The position numbers and the translations under genes are program-made. The notes beneath the pieces are model-generated. The model worked only from the letters and a program-made list of their open reading frames with translations. It searched no databases and was not told the origin of the DNA. A DNA stretch of 63,913 bases, counting the filler, from Octopus bimaculoides (taxonomy: Eukaryota), in NCBI RefSeq assembly GCF_001194135.2. It is 9 parts of 8 records of this genome, joined end to end, with 100 filler letters (N's around TTAATTAATTAA, not from the genome) between each part and the next. Parts side by side here need not be neighbours in the genome. Positions count along the whole stretch, not along the records: positions 12,354 to 38,301 come from NC_068984.1; positions 38,402 to 49,692 come from NC_068985.1; 7 more parts are not named here. One strand, 5' to 3'. Within the stretch, counting starts at the first letter, position 1; each line of letters starts with the position of its first letter. Positions 26,990 through 40,864 of the stretch are shown here, one piece after another.

Positions 26990-27036
26990 TTTCCCCTATC
27001 TCCTGCTTCTGTTTCAGAAGCAGGAGATAGGGGAAA
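26990..27036. repeat. Perfect 22-bp inverted repeat with a 3-nt loop, preceded by a 16-bp tandem duplication
   Basis: TTTCCCCTATCTCCTGCTTCTG-TTT-CAGAAGCAGGAGATAGGGGAAA. CTACACCCCGTATTTT x2 at 26961-26992. Confidence 0.95.
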
Positions 27037-28994
27037 GTCCAAGAGAAAAGGAAGACGGGGGAAACAAATCGCCAACAGTCCACATGTAGTTACATTTTCG
27101 ATGTAATTACATTGTTGTTATACACACACACACAAACACACACACACATATACAAACACACGCACACACACACGCGCGCGCGCGCACACACACACTCACC
27201 CTTACTCACTCACTATCCATTGTAGTATATACGTTTCACTTCTCCACGTTGCCATGCATTTCACTCGTAGCAGGGCTGTATTAGTTTTGGCAAAAGTCAT
27301 TCAGAACTATAAAGCTGTGAGAAAGGCTGCCTCCTCTCACTAACTGGACAGCTCTTAGTCAACATTCCAACGTTTAAATGACTATCATTCAAACAAAGTA
27401 GGTTAACTCCATTCACCTTACATACTGTACCGCCTTCCAAAGAGCTGCCTTCTAAACATCACAATCAACTTTGTAGAATCTTCCCATTCTCCACTACCAC
27501 ATCATAATGCTTTGCACCGTGAGCAGTGTCCAGTACAATTAAGTTTCTGTGGATTCGAATCAGTCACTGGCCTACAACCTTATCACCCTCCACTGTCTGA
27601 TTACTGCTGATACACTAGCCTCTACACCCCGTATTTTGCTGGTCACATGCAACCCTACTTAGGCACTCTCAACACACTCATTTGAAAGTTTCTCATCAAC
27701 CAATGATATTTCCAGCCTCCCAGAGCATGTTCCTAGCTAAGTCCCCTAGCTACATGCCGTCATTCCAATTCCAACTCCTCCCATGCCTTTTCTGCTGTCG
27801 TCAACTTAGAGAATTTGAGCGGAATATTAAAGTACTCGTGAGACAGGTCTCGTTGACCCTATAAAAGCTATGGATACTGTCGTTTCCTCAAGACTAAGCT
27901 ATTAAAAGAAATAGCTTAGCGAGCAAATATAGTATTTCAAATAATTTCATTAATATGACTGAACAGTCATTTCATAACCAGAAATATATAAATCTGTATC
28001 ATTATATCAATGAGTAGAATGCCGTACAGTAACACTTCAAATACTGTTTGAATTCTTATCGAATATTAATGACATGTTTGACAGTAGATTAACTTAGGAA
28101 GCAACAATAATATTTCAATAAATGTTCAGAACGTTGCAATTTCTCCATCTCATTGGCCTCATATATCTTAGAATCAAACAATGCGAAATCAATAAAAACA
28201 TAGAAAGAAGGCAAATATTTTTGTAAACAAATGAAACATCTATTATGTTCTTGCATTCTAATTTCTAAATACTACAACACACATTGAAAAGCCCTTAATC
28301 CATCAACCATTGATAAAACGAATAAAATTCTTAAGGGGATTTATTAAGATACGATATAGCTTATCTATCTGTGTGAAAAAAATATCAAAGATGTTCGCAC
28401 CTAGGAGTTTAAACTAAATGCGCAGAAATTTCATAATCATCCTCCATTTTCTCTCAGTCATTGGGTACGATTCTGTGCGCGTGTAACCATACGAATAACG
28501 AGTTTTATGCAGCACGTTGAAACGCGGATAGATATGTATGGCCAATTAAGTATCTATCAAAATATATCTATCAACCAACGTATCAATTATAAACTGCCTA
28601 TCCAATCTTAATATTTATTTTAGTGTGAGGTAATTTGGTGAGTGTAGACTTTTCATAGCCTGGCCTTATATAATTCGAATCTGGTTATATGCATCTTAAA
28701 CTCATGGAAAGGATGAAGACACCATTACGTTCTCTCGTTAACTCAATATAGTATACTGTATACATATTTTTGTATTGAGCCCTCTCGTAAGCTATGATAT
28801 TGTCAGATATATGCTTGGTATATTCCATGTAAACATATGTGTGCGCGTGTGTGTATTTGTGTGCGTATGTTTTGCGTTGGTCTGTGTGTGTGTATGTGTG
28901 TGTGTGTGTGTGTGTATGTGTGTGTGTGTGTGTGTATATATTATAAAATTAATGTGGGCAGGTAGGCGCAATAAAAATCGTATAGGCACACACA

Positions 28995-29032
<38 letters not shown>

Positions 29033-29110
29033 TATATATNNNNNNNNNNNNNNNNNNNNNNNNNNNNNNNNNNNNNNNNNNNNNNNNNNNNNNNNNNNNN
29101 NNNNNNNNNN

Positions 29111-29146
<36 letters not shown>

Positions 29147-29915
29147 TTAATGTAGATAGTGAATGTTAAAATATTTTGGATACGTGGAAAAAAAATCATG
29201 AATAATAGAATTCTAGTTTAATTTCAATCATATGAGATAAATATTAATTCGTGTTTAGATATGTAAAAGAAATAATTCAGCAACGTTTTTGTCGTTGCAT
29301 ATGTCGCAAGTTGGTTCGAGTAGGGAAATATACAAGTTAAATTTATGATTGAATAATAAAGATGATAGTAACTGTAAACTGCAATGCTATGTTATTACGT
29401 TGCTCTTGTTAGTTTTAGCTAAGCGTTTATCGTAATGCGTGATAACACCAAAGATAATGTAGATATGTATTTGTTGTTCTTTAGTGAATTCTTTTTTATG
29501 ATGTTGTTTCATGTTTTGTGATTGTTGTGCCTTTCACGCCTATCTCACCGAAACAACAATTCATCTCCGTCCCAGGGGACTATCAAAATGTGCCAGCTTT
29601 TGATCATCACATCATATTTTTAGGCGTTACACGTGAAGCTACATAAGGAAATATGTCGCTCCATCTTACATCTGTGGTTGGGGTGGCTGCTATATTCCAC
29701 CCGTGGAACAATCAATATTCGTTTACTTGGAGTTGGAGAATGCAACTGTAAATTTCTAGTCTAGATTTTAAAAACTATCAACAATGGTTGGTTATTAAGT
29801 AAAGAATTGTCAATGGGCCGGGTTCAAAATATTACCGTGAAAGATGTGATATTTCTTAATCGAATTTCGACAAAATAGCGGACCGGCTACGAAATAGAGA
29901 TTGTCGAAATATATA

Positions 29916-29966
<51 letters not shown>

Positions 29967-30419
29967 NNNNNNNNNNACACACACACACACACACACGCAT
30001 GCATGCATGCATACATGCATACATACATACATACATACATACATACATACATACATACATACATACATACATACGTATGTATGTAAGGAGAAAGACGATT
30101 CGAAGACTACAGATCTAAGCCATCACTAGAACTGCAAATATCTGTAAAACTTTTCAGAATTTTATCATTTAACCATGTACGAGCATGTATAGACATGCAA
30201 CTATATGCATAAAAATACATACATAAAACGAAACATGCAAATTTGCACATACAAATCCGCACACATACATACATATATACATCCATACATACATACAAAA
30301 ATAACCAGTTGATTTAGTTGAAATTCTAATGAAGGAGCCTTGGATCCTTGTTAGAAAACGGATCTTTCTCTATTGACAAGAAATGTTGATATGAAACTGA
30401 ACATGACATACATAATGCT

Positions 30420-30735
30420 AGCTCTGTGTCGGTTACAACGATGAGTGTTCCAACTGATTCGATCAACAGAATAGCCTGCTTGTGAAATTAGCTTGTAAGG
30501 CCGATAACTTCACAGAAACGCATACCATTACCGTGGTTATAAGAGAGACTCAGTGTGACAAACAATGTGTCGAGCCTGTCTCCTTGAATTAGAAGTACAA
30601 CTCATTTTTAGCAGCTGAGCGGACTGGAGCAATGAGAAAAAAATTGGCTTGCTCAAAGACACAACGCGGTGCCGAGTATCGATCATATGATGTTACGATA
30701 GTGAGCCGAAAATCCTAACCAATAATTCATGCACC
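30420..30735 (-). mobile_element. tRNA-derived SINE (third family), near full length
   Basis: Minus-strand tRNA-like head followed by GTGTCTTTGAGCAAG...GCTCCAGTCCGCTCAGCTG. The body matches 38540-38710 in the opposite orientation. Confidence 0.65.
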
Positions 30736-33288
30736 ATCATACATATATACATACATGCATACATACACATACACATCATACATAAATACACACGCATATA
30801 TGCATGCATACACGCACATGCACATACATAAATACATACATACATACATGCGTAAGCCAGAGGACAACAACATTAACAGGATGAGTAAACTCTCCTGGTC
30901 TTGCGATTGATACATTACAACCCACCTACAAGGACATACCTTCGCTATCCAGTAACAGGAAATAGCTACTAAATACTTGATAAACTAGAGATAAATATAA
31001 CATCAAACCTCAAAGTTGTGATAAAATATGTCAGTTCTGCTCATTCGGTGTAGAAGATATCACCCATATCACAAGCAGCTACTCCATAATGTCTTTGAGA
31101 TACTACCTGCCCCTGAGGCATTGTGTAGTTGCAAAGACTATTTGCAATGCCATTCATAGGAAGGACTACTATGCCGTATTCGTCAAAGGCATATCAGAAC
31201 AAGCAGATATTCACAGCTTAAAAACAAATAATCCTGGTGGAACACCCCACTAAAATCATCTATTCGGTGCAAACATACCAGACCTGTTATTGTTCTGTTG
31301 GACAGACAACAAAATTCATACATTGTCGTAGCGGACAGCTACCCATCGGATTTCCTTTACTCTTGTCGCTTTGTTAGCGGTCGGCTCGAACACAGTCGTC
31401 ATTCATTAAAATATTACTAGCGTTGTCAAATAATCTGATCATTAGAGAATTCATGTGAAACCGGATCTCATATCAATAACATATATGGCGTGCATTTTGT
31501 CATTACGATAATCATACATTCAGTGCAGATTAGCCACTACAATCAGACTACAAACAATACAAGAACAAGGGACGGAAGCGGCAACAACACACCGTAACCA
31601 GCCAACATCAAGAAACTACCGACTGAAACTACTAGCATACTTAGTCCAACAGCAATAAGCTTCGGACTATCTCGATGTAAACATTATTTCTTTGTCGTTC
31701 GTAGTAACGTCAGCAATTATTTTGTTAACGATAAAAACATATTTCTGCATTAAAAATCCCATGAGGATTTCTGCTCTTGATCGTAATATACATTATTTTG
31801 CTCAAGTCAGTCTCTTACTACACTTAATTTCCCCTGTGGGTACACAAGGTTTTCTTACAAGAAACATAACATTTTTGAAGACACTGAACACCCACTTATA
31901 AAACTTTGGGTAGCAAGAATCTGACTTGACCAAAATATAGATATGCGCAAGGTATGAAATTTTGTTTGGAGGAGGCTAGCCGAATACATCGACTTCAGTG
32001 TGCAGCCGATTCTTCTTCTTCTTCTTCTTCTTCTTCTTCCTCCTCTTAATCTTCTTCCCCTTCTTCTTCTTCTTCTTCTTCTTCTTCTCCTCCTCTTCCT
32101 TCTTCTCTTCCTTCTTCTTCTTCTTCTCCTTCTTCTCCTCCTTCTTCTTCTTCTTCTTCTCCTCCTCCTTCTTCNNNNNNNNNNNNNNNNNNNNNNNNNN
32201 NNNNNNNNNNNNNNNNNNNNNNNNNNNNNNNNNNNNNNNNNNNNNNNNNNNNNNNNNNNNNNNNNNNNNNNNNNNNNNNNNNNNNNNNNNNNNNNNNNNN
32301 NNNNNNNNNNNNNNNNNNNNNNNNNNNNNNNNNNNNNNNNNNNNNNNNNNNNNNNNNNNNNNNNNNNNNNNNNNNNNNNNNNNNNNNNNNNNNNNNNNNN
32401 NNNNNNNNNNNNNNNNNNNNNNNNNNNNNNNNNNNNNNNNNNNNNNNNNNNNNNNNNNNNNNNNNNNNNNNNNNNNNNNNTCCTCTTCCTTCTCTTCTTC
32501 TTCTTCTTCTTCTTCTTCTTCTTCTTCTTCTTTGTCAGGTAGTATGATTTCTTGTTTGTATTTGTCAGCTTCCTTAAATATTGAAAACAGTTTTTTTGTT
32601 TTGCTCGTGTTTTGTGGTTATTTGTATTAATTTCCCTTGCTTCTGAAGTAGGTATGAATTCTGTTTGCTATGTAGGATACATAAGGTGTTCATTTTGGTA
32701 AGTTGAGGATTTTGTTTATTTTTATATATTTTGACCATACTATACAGATGATCGAAAGTTAGATATTATTCTAAGAATCGTGAAATCGTTCGATATATAG
32801 TTGAGTTCGTTTTTAAATGGTTGTTTTTTTAAGAGTTGCTTTTCCTCGCATTCGGTAAAAATGTGTTTATTATGGAAGTCTAGTGTGTGGAATTATTCTG
32901 TAATAATGCCCTTATATGAATATAAATAAATAAATACATTCTTGGGAATAAAAAATGATAGATTTTTTTCCCTTTTGAGTTAATTCACGCTAGATTCTTG
33001 ATAAAATTCTTGTAAAATATTTTATCCTATTATTGAATTAATTAAATATATATCCGGAATATATTCAGTGGTGAATTTTAGTCCGTTTTAAACACGTGTA
33101 CCGAGAGCGACTCAAAACAATTCCCGCGTTTTACATAGATGTATAAGGATAAACATTATTCTGATGTCTTTCTGGGTTATAAACAACAGTAGCATCGTCC
33201 CATATAGGTCAGCCATATCTAGTGGCAAATCTAATTCGCGATGTCGTGCGTTACTGTTTCCATCTCGCTCAGAGATTTATTATCTGTT

Positions 33289-33362
<74 letters not shown>

Positions 33363-33845
33363 GTATATATGGGAGAATTCACGAAAAGACAACAGATGAA
33401 GACAGGTGGTGTAAACAACAAATGGATTTATTAGTATATATATATATATACATTTGCTTGAAAGTGCTCAGGTCGAACCGGTGACGCTAGACATAATATA
33501 ACTTCACATAAGAAGTGACAAAATTTAGATTATATTCCTATACTTATAATTTACATCACCACAATAAATACACTAGGACAAGGAAAACATCAATATATTA
33601 TTTAGAAGAGAAATATGAATTACACGGGGTAAAAATATACGTGGAAAGGATATATAAATAAAGAGTGATACATCGATTAAAAAATCATATCAAATTAAAA
33701 ATTGAAAATGTTGAATTAAGAATTAAAAGGTAGAAGATACATCGACGGCAGTGACGGATTTAAACGTCAGAGAAATACTAAGGATAAATTTGCTTTAAGA
33801 GTTCTAAAGAAATGTTTATAGACGCTTATAGCACAATATATGATG

Positions 33846-33934
33846 TATTTTGACGGCCGTTTCTGGAATCTATTTGTCTACAAGTTATGAATCCTTCAAT
33901 TTCACACTGACAATGACCCCTTCATCAGTAAATA
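33846..33934 (-). ncRNA. Degenerate minimal type-I hammerhead ribozyme motif of the Penelope-like-element type
   Basis: Minus strand: TATTTA-CTGATGA-AGGGGTC-(44 nt)-GATTCCA-GAAAC-GGCC-GTC-AAAATA. Stem I has 5 bp, stem II 6 bp, stem III is palindromic (ACGGCCGT), with a GUC cleavage triplet. The core-proximal pairs of stems I and II are A.A mismatches. Confidence 0.5.
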
Positions 33935-35285
33935 AGAGAAATAGATATCAAGGTTCGAGGAAATATAAGAGAAAGGAGAATTTAAGGTAACATTATGTTG
34001 GTTGTCGGTTATTGGATCAGATACCGACCAGTTTTACAATGATTCGCGGTTATATATGTAAATAAATATTTTTTTGTGTAGGATGATGGGAGACAAAAAA
34101 ATTTTGTGAGTTAGCGATGATGGGTATAATATTTTTAAATATATTTAATTCAGGGTAATAATTAATTGAGAATAGAGGGAAAACAGAGCTGCAGAATCAT
34201 TCCCTATGTCGCGTACTATACTTAAGGAACTGGACACCAATTATAAACATGCCAAACACTCTACTCTGGGATACATTAATTATGCTTTACTAATGGAGTA
34301 AAACAAGATTGGAACACAATGCTGTTTTTATCATTTGGTTTTAAAGAATAGATTCGAACCTCACTCTACTTATTTAGAAGCAAAGTGGATGAACTGATTG
34401 AATTTCAATTACCTCTACGTCAGGTTATTTTTAGAATTGAAAAACTCCTACAGAGTTTTCTGTTTTCCCATGACAAAGACAATCTCAGATTATCGAAAGT
34501 TTTCCACTTTCTAGATATAGTACACATGCAAGATTAACAAATCCGTCCTTTACTAAGTATTTCTCTTCATACCAGTCCTTTACTCGGGATTTCGTCTCAT
34601 ATCAGATATTCTATCTCTAAGCAAACACCAAGATATTTCTCGATATTATGTAGTTATTTGTTTCTGTTGTCGCTGCTATTGTTGTTATTGTTCTTCAGTC
34701 TTAAGTCAGATCTAAATTTCAATGAACTAGGAGCCTACATATCTCTATAGAGCTTCAGTTTGTAGAATTCTGGTGATTCTGTTAGAACAAAAATTATGTG
34801 TTTAGACGTGAATCTTATTGTTGTTGTTGCTCTCGTTATTGCGTCCGTCGTTGTTCTTGGTGTTCCTCTTAATATTGTGGGTGTCGTCGGTTTCGATACC
34901 GATTGAGTAATCCTATGACTAAATGGATTTCTGCTCCGATGAAGTCGTATTTTTGTATATAAAATACGTTTGACTTTATTTTCTTCCTTTTAGCAGAACA
35001 ATATGTTTTGCAATTTAAGTGGCGCTTTACTAATATGAATTGCAGTATGACTGACTGTCTATAAGCCTTTTCTCTCAGACTTAAACATCATTCGGCTCGG
35101 TGCCTTTTACGAAAATGTACGTTTAGTTTCTGAAAATTTATTTATAGAAGTGGTTTGCTATTTAAACACGAAGTATTATTATGTAGTCTATGGCTCTCTA
35201 AATGATTCATTGCTGCAGCGCTACTATAGCAATTACGATAACAAGATTCAACAATCTCCAGCATTGTAAATGAATCAATATCAAT

Positions 35286-35383
35286 ATCAGAAATAATACA
35301 GTAAAACACCAATAGATGTGTAAAGTTTAAAGCAATCAGAAATAATACAGTAAAACACCAATAGATGTGTAAAGTTTAAAGCA
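35286..35383. repeat. Exact 49-bp tandem duplication
   Basis: ATCAGAAATAATACAGTAAAACACCAATAGATGTGTAAAGTTTAAAGCA x2. Confidence 0.95.
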
Positions 35384-36656
35384 AACATAAATTATACTTA
35401 TCGATAAATGAAACAAATAACCTTGAAACATAATCAATTCTACAATCACGCAACAGTCTGTGCAAAAACATATCCACACATCTATAAACAAACATAATTT
35501 TCTTTCTCAAAGTCTACTTCTGAGGATTCAATAATTTAACTATCTTCTACGTAATTTCATTGAAATACAGCAGGTCGAGATACACAGATAAATAGATAAA
35601 ATCTGTTGAAAACGTGTGCTGATTTTCAAAAACGGTAAAAGTGTAAACAACAAATTTAAAAGGAGGGCTTGTTAGCAGTTCGAAACTAAAGGCAAAATTA
35701 ATAGAGGTCAAAAAATTGACAAAGAGTACTGACTAGCACCGATTTTTACTAAAGATAAGAGTTAAACAAACTCAAAGCCACAAACGTAATGTCTTAAGAG
35801 ACTGACACAGGTGAAGAAAGATGTTAGTGTACTTATCCAGATCGCGATTTCGGATTCTGATGTAGATTTAATCCCCATCAGTGTCTCTTAACGCGTAGGA
35901 TTAAGCTAAATTTGTTCTTTAGACTATTTTAGAAATCGGCACACCATTTCAATGTTTTTTCTTATGAGACTGGCCGAGGTATTTGAAGCGAAGCAGTCCT
36001 GTAATACAGAGGACAGCTCGCTAAAGCGGTCACTAATGGTCAATGTACAGGCGCTCAGGCACACACATCTAAGCAGACAGGCGAGCGCATACACCACTCG
36101 CATATACACTTCTTTTTAGTTTTCTCTTAATTGGTCACACCTTTCCACCCCCGCATGTACGTAGAGATAAGACTAATTCTCAATCAGAGAGCAGACCTGG
36201 AGGACAGAGGGCAAGTCATTGATGAGGTCGTTGTTAGCTATGAAAGGAGTTGGCAAACAATTGATAAATCGTTTAACCAAAACAATTAAGCAAACGGTTG
36301 ATTAGTTAGTTGGTTCGGTAACTAATTAATTGATTAAGAAAAACGTGATGAAATCGAATCAGTGCGTATATTTATTATTACTTGCATAATGATTCTCCGC
36401 AGATACAAGAACTGCAAATATTCCAAAATAAAAGGATCGTGGCTATTTACTTTTGAGACCTCTCTGTGTGCGTATATAAGCGTGTGTTTGTGTATGACTC
36501 AATATGCATGGATGTGTATATGCATCTCTGTATGAGTATATAAACATAAACATCACACACACACACACACACACGCACATGCACATGCATATATTAAGAA
36601 GAATGAGGTAGGCAGAACTCTGGATAATTTTGGAAGTGTATATGTGGGTGTGCATG

Positions 36657-36707
<51 letters not shown>

Positions 36708-37331
36708 ATATATATATATATATATATNNNNNNNNNNNNNNNNNNNNNNNNNNNNNNNNNNNNNNNNNNNNNNNNNNNNNNNNNNNNNNNNNNNNNNNNN
36801 NNNNNNNNNNNNNNNNNNNNNNNNNNNNNNNNNNNNNNNNNNNNNNNNNNNNNNNNNNNNNNNNNNNNNNNNNNNNNNNNNNNNNNNNNNNNNNNNNNNN
36901 NNNNNNNNNNNNNNNNNNNNNNNNNNNNNNNNNNNNNNNNNNNNNNNNNNNNNNNNNNNNNNNNNNNNNNNNNNNNNNNNNNNNNNNNNNNNNNNNNNNN
37001 NNNNNNNNNNNNNNNNNNNNNNNNNNNNNNNNNNNNNNNNNNNNNNNNNNNNNNNNNNNNNNNNNNNNNNNNNNNNNNNNNNNNNNNNNNNNNNNNNNNN
37101 NNNNNNNNNNNNNNNNNNNNNNNNNNNNNNNNNNNNNNNNNNNNNNNNNNNNNNNNNNNNNNNNNNNNNNNNNNNNNNNNNNNNNNNNNNNNNNNNNNNN
37201 NNNNNNNNNNNNNNNNNNNNNNNNNNNNNNNNNNNNNNNNNNNNNNNNNNNNNNNNNNNNNNNNNNNNNNNNNNNNNNNNNNNNNNNNNNNNNNNNNNNN
37301 NNNNNNNNNNNNNNNNNNNNNNNNTATATAT

Positions 37332-37370
<39 letters not shown>

Positions 37371-37844
37371 AAAGGAAGCGAGAGAAAACGGAAGGGAGAG
37401 AGAGAGATTAAGGGAGAGAGATACGTATGTTCATGTGCGCACCCGTTACAACATATGTCCAGTCAGAGACTTGTAACTGATAAACATCGGTTGGCTTCAT
37501 ATGAACATGGCACTAGTGATATTCAGAAAACAGAAATGGACTAATGCATTGGATGAATAGGCAATATTTATCTGTGTTATGTAACAGTTTCTAAGAATAC
37601 TTTTGTTCACAGCGGTGTTGAGATGGGTGTCATTTCTTGGCAAGGCGAATATTCGGGCAGAAATTCGATCTGCAGTTGTCACTACTTCAAGCACTCCATT
37701 CTATTAATCACTGTTCTTATGGAAGATAAGCCATCATTTCTTTTTTCTCTGTCTTGTCTACGCTCAGAAGTGCTTCCTACTATTCCATCACATGAGGTTT
37801 CAAAATACCAGTAAAAAAATCTATATCGCATTTACATATTGGTG

Positions 37845-38190
37845 CAAGGGTTCTCAACCATTTCTTTTCTATGGACTTCGATTGCTATTCTGTTCTGTTG
37901 GGCTACCATACCTATTCAATGTTTAAAAACTACTTTTAAAAATACTTCTTACACAATTCCATTTTTTTCTTTTCAAACATTAACTTGAATAGTTTGAAAT
38001 GTATAAATTATTAGAGTAAGAAAGCTGGTTGTTTCTTGCAATACATACCAATACATACATCTAAAATAAAAATTTCTCAGGGTATTTAGAATACTGTTGT
38101 GGATCACCAATTCACTATTTAGTGCATGAACCCCCCAAAATCATATATAGATTCTCAGGGGCCATATGGACCCTAGCTGAGAGCAGGTGG
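37845..38190. mobile_element. Old hAT-type MITE
   Basis: Degenerate TIRs CAAGGGTTCTCAACC ... AGCTGAGAGCAGGTG (cf. CAGTGGTTCTCAACC). A related partial copy starts at ~3840. Confidence 0.4.
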
Positions 38191-38240
38191 TTTACATATA
38201 CATATTTCTCTCTCTTTCTCTCTCTCTCTCTCTCCCTCTC

Positions 38241-38301
<61 letters not shown>

Positions 38302-38401
38302 NNNNNNNNNNNNNNNNNNNNNNNNNNNNNNNNNNNNNNNNNNNNTTAATTAATTAANNNNNNNNNNNNNNNNNNNNNNNNNNNNNNNNNNNNNNNNNNN
38401 N

Positions 38402-38442
<41 letters not shown>

Positions 38443-38866
38443 ATTATAATAAGGGATTGGCGATCCCTGCTGTACTCTTTCACCACAACTTTTTCTCACT
38501 CTATCTTCCTGTTTCTGTTGTATCTGTATTTCAAAAGGGGCCAGCCTTGTCACACTCTGTGTCACGCTGTATCTCCCCCGAGAACTACGTTAAGGGTACA
38601 CGTGTCTGTGGAGTGCTCAGCCACTTGCACGTTAATTTCACGAGCAGGCTGTTCCGTTGATCGGATCAACTGGAACCTTCGTCGTCGTAACCGACGGAGT
38701 GCCAACGATGCTACTTCTACAATGTAAATGTCACGCTCCAATGTGTTAGCTCTTCTGTACATCTAATGCAACTGATTATTTTCAAAAAGATATTTCTAAA
38801 AGACTTTTTTCTACATTTCAATGAATACGAAATTATTTTCGAAATATTTTTGCTTTATAATTTCAG

Positions 38867-39024
38867 GGCAAAAGTTCGCCATGTTTGAAGAGAAAATAGT
38901 ATTATCACGAATCATCCACAAATTTAATCTTGAAACAACACAGCAGGTAGAAGAGCTTCAGCCAACTTTTGATTTGGTACTCAAACCTTTTGCTGGCGTC
39001 CGTGTCAAACTTAGCCATCGATGA
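38867..39024 (+). CDS. CYP4V2: Cytochrome P450 family 4 (CYP4V-like), terminal coding exon of the upstream gene
   Basis: Acceptor ATAATTTCAG at 38857-38866, phase 1. Translates (G)QKFAMFEEKIVLSRIIHKFNLETTQQVEELQPTFDLVLKPFAGVRVKLSHR*, matching the CYP4 C-terminus after the heme motif (RNCIG|QKFA..EEK..L). The symbol marks the closest recognised family member, not proven orthology. Confidence 0.9.
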
Positions 39025-39929
39025 TTGTTGTAATAGTGTCCATCCACATTCAATTCTGGGATGTCTGGAGACGTTATTTCAATTAATATTTTCTCTTTTG
39101 AATATTTAGAAAATATAAAAATCAATATTCAAAGTAAAAGTTTGTTCAAGCTGAACTAGGTATGCATAACTGTTTGTGTGACTTTCAAGTATGAATGCCA
39201 ACATTCAAGAAGACACTCGAAACTTATCTTTTCTCTTTTCGAAAAAGGATCGCCTAATCGAAACATTAAATTGTGTCTATACTCAATCAATTCACTGCAG
39301 TCTTTTATGAACCCTTCTGTTAAAGTTTTGATGATCGATACTCAACACCTCAATTTTACTGTCATACTATAGTTTAATCGTTCGATATATTTTAGACACG
39401 TGAAACAGAGTTTTTGTCTCGGTTTCAATACTCGATTGCAGTTGTTACTCATCCGTAATATTGCTCATGTTTCACAGAATATCTAGTCACCCAAACCCAT
39501 CTCCTTTAACTAAAAATTTTCAATAGTTGTTCTTTAATAAATAATAAACTATAGCCAGTAAAATTATATTTACGAAATTCCATTTATTGTCATGTTTTGC
39601 ATTAATTAAACGAATTTGGTATGACCTTATATATATATATGTTTCTAGCCCAGTATTAAAGAATTCACTCGGTTATTCTCTACGCAATTTTTCTCTTCTG
39701 CTATGTATTCAGTTACTTAACGTTATTGCTGTGACTTTCATCTGCCGTTCTTATTTCTCTCAATGACTTTGTCGGATCAAATTTGGATTTTGTTCTTAAG
39801 TTCCTGATCGAACTTTCACCAAATATGGTATGAAAACACAGTTGAACATCATCATCGACACCTGCAGTAGTAGATCGTTGTTTGACTTACAAGAAATTAT
39901 AGCCAAATCTCCATAAAATTACACTTTAT

Positions 39930-40860
39930 TATCAAAATGTATTTTTAATTGTTAATGAAAGTGAAATCGATGACAAAAAATTGTCAACGTACTTAAAAAT
40001 CCTCAAAAACTGTTCTTAATAAAATGTTTGTCACTTGAATCATCGCTAACTGCCGCAATCATCGCTCAGCTCATCGATAACTCGCTAAGAAGTATGGCAG
40101 TTCCAAGATAAAATTTTCTACTATTATTTGATGCTTCTTGGTATATGCTAGCTGCTGAAAAAACATTGCAAGTTATGTACTCTGAGCTCTTCCATGTAAC
40201 CTGTTTCTTCCAACTACTGCTCAGTAAAGGCTTTCTATCCTGCAGATGATTACCTGATTGTCACCTTCAAGGCTGCTACTGTAAAAAAACAAACACCATT
40301 GAGAACAATTCAAAACAATCGGATATTCACCTCTGCCAGTTGTAACCAGGTTGGGTAGTTGGTTGGGTGCCTGAAATTACTATGCCAGGAACATTGCAGA
40401 AGATACAAAAATTGTAGAGACTTTTGAGGATGAAAGCATTTTGGTGCAGAGAGCGAAATAAGCTGTCCAAAATCCTGAGATCAGATCTAACCTCATACAA
40501 ATCTTTTCAGACTATCAGCGATTGAAAGAGTTGATTTTCAAAGGTGAGTCAACAGCCTTCACCCAACATATACGATGCTTACAAAAGCCTCAAAGAATTG
40601 AAATTCAACAAAGGTCCATGTTGCATCAAGAATTACATTGATTTTAGATTTAATTAAAACCAAATCAATTCGGTCATTCAGCTAATGAACCGAAAAGATT
40701 CACCCAAGGAATATGCAGATCTGAGACAATGTCAAGCGATATCAGTTGTTGTAGAACGCAGTTTTCGACACCGAAAAATAATCCCTGTAAAAGACAAGAA
40801 TCATTTGCCTACAAATATAAAGCATTATATCATAATTGTACAATAATAAAATTCCACAAT
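39930..40860 (+). mobile_element. hAT-superfamily transposase pseudogene (central and C-terminal part)
   Basis: VFLIVNESEIDD, NFLLLFDAS.YMLAAEKTLQVMYSELFHVTC, PLPVVTRLGSWL (cf. TRW), CQAISVVVERSF (dimerization-domain S..ER.FS). Multiple stops and frameshifts. Confidence 0.8.
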
Positions 40861-40864
40861 AGTT

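Noticed and set aside
31692-31955. Hydrophobic ORF plus a PLIKLWVA segment resembling P450 exons 1-2
   Set aside because: No ATG (TTG start), needs a frameshift, has an in-frame stop and no credible acceptor; probably chance similarity.
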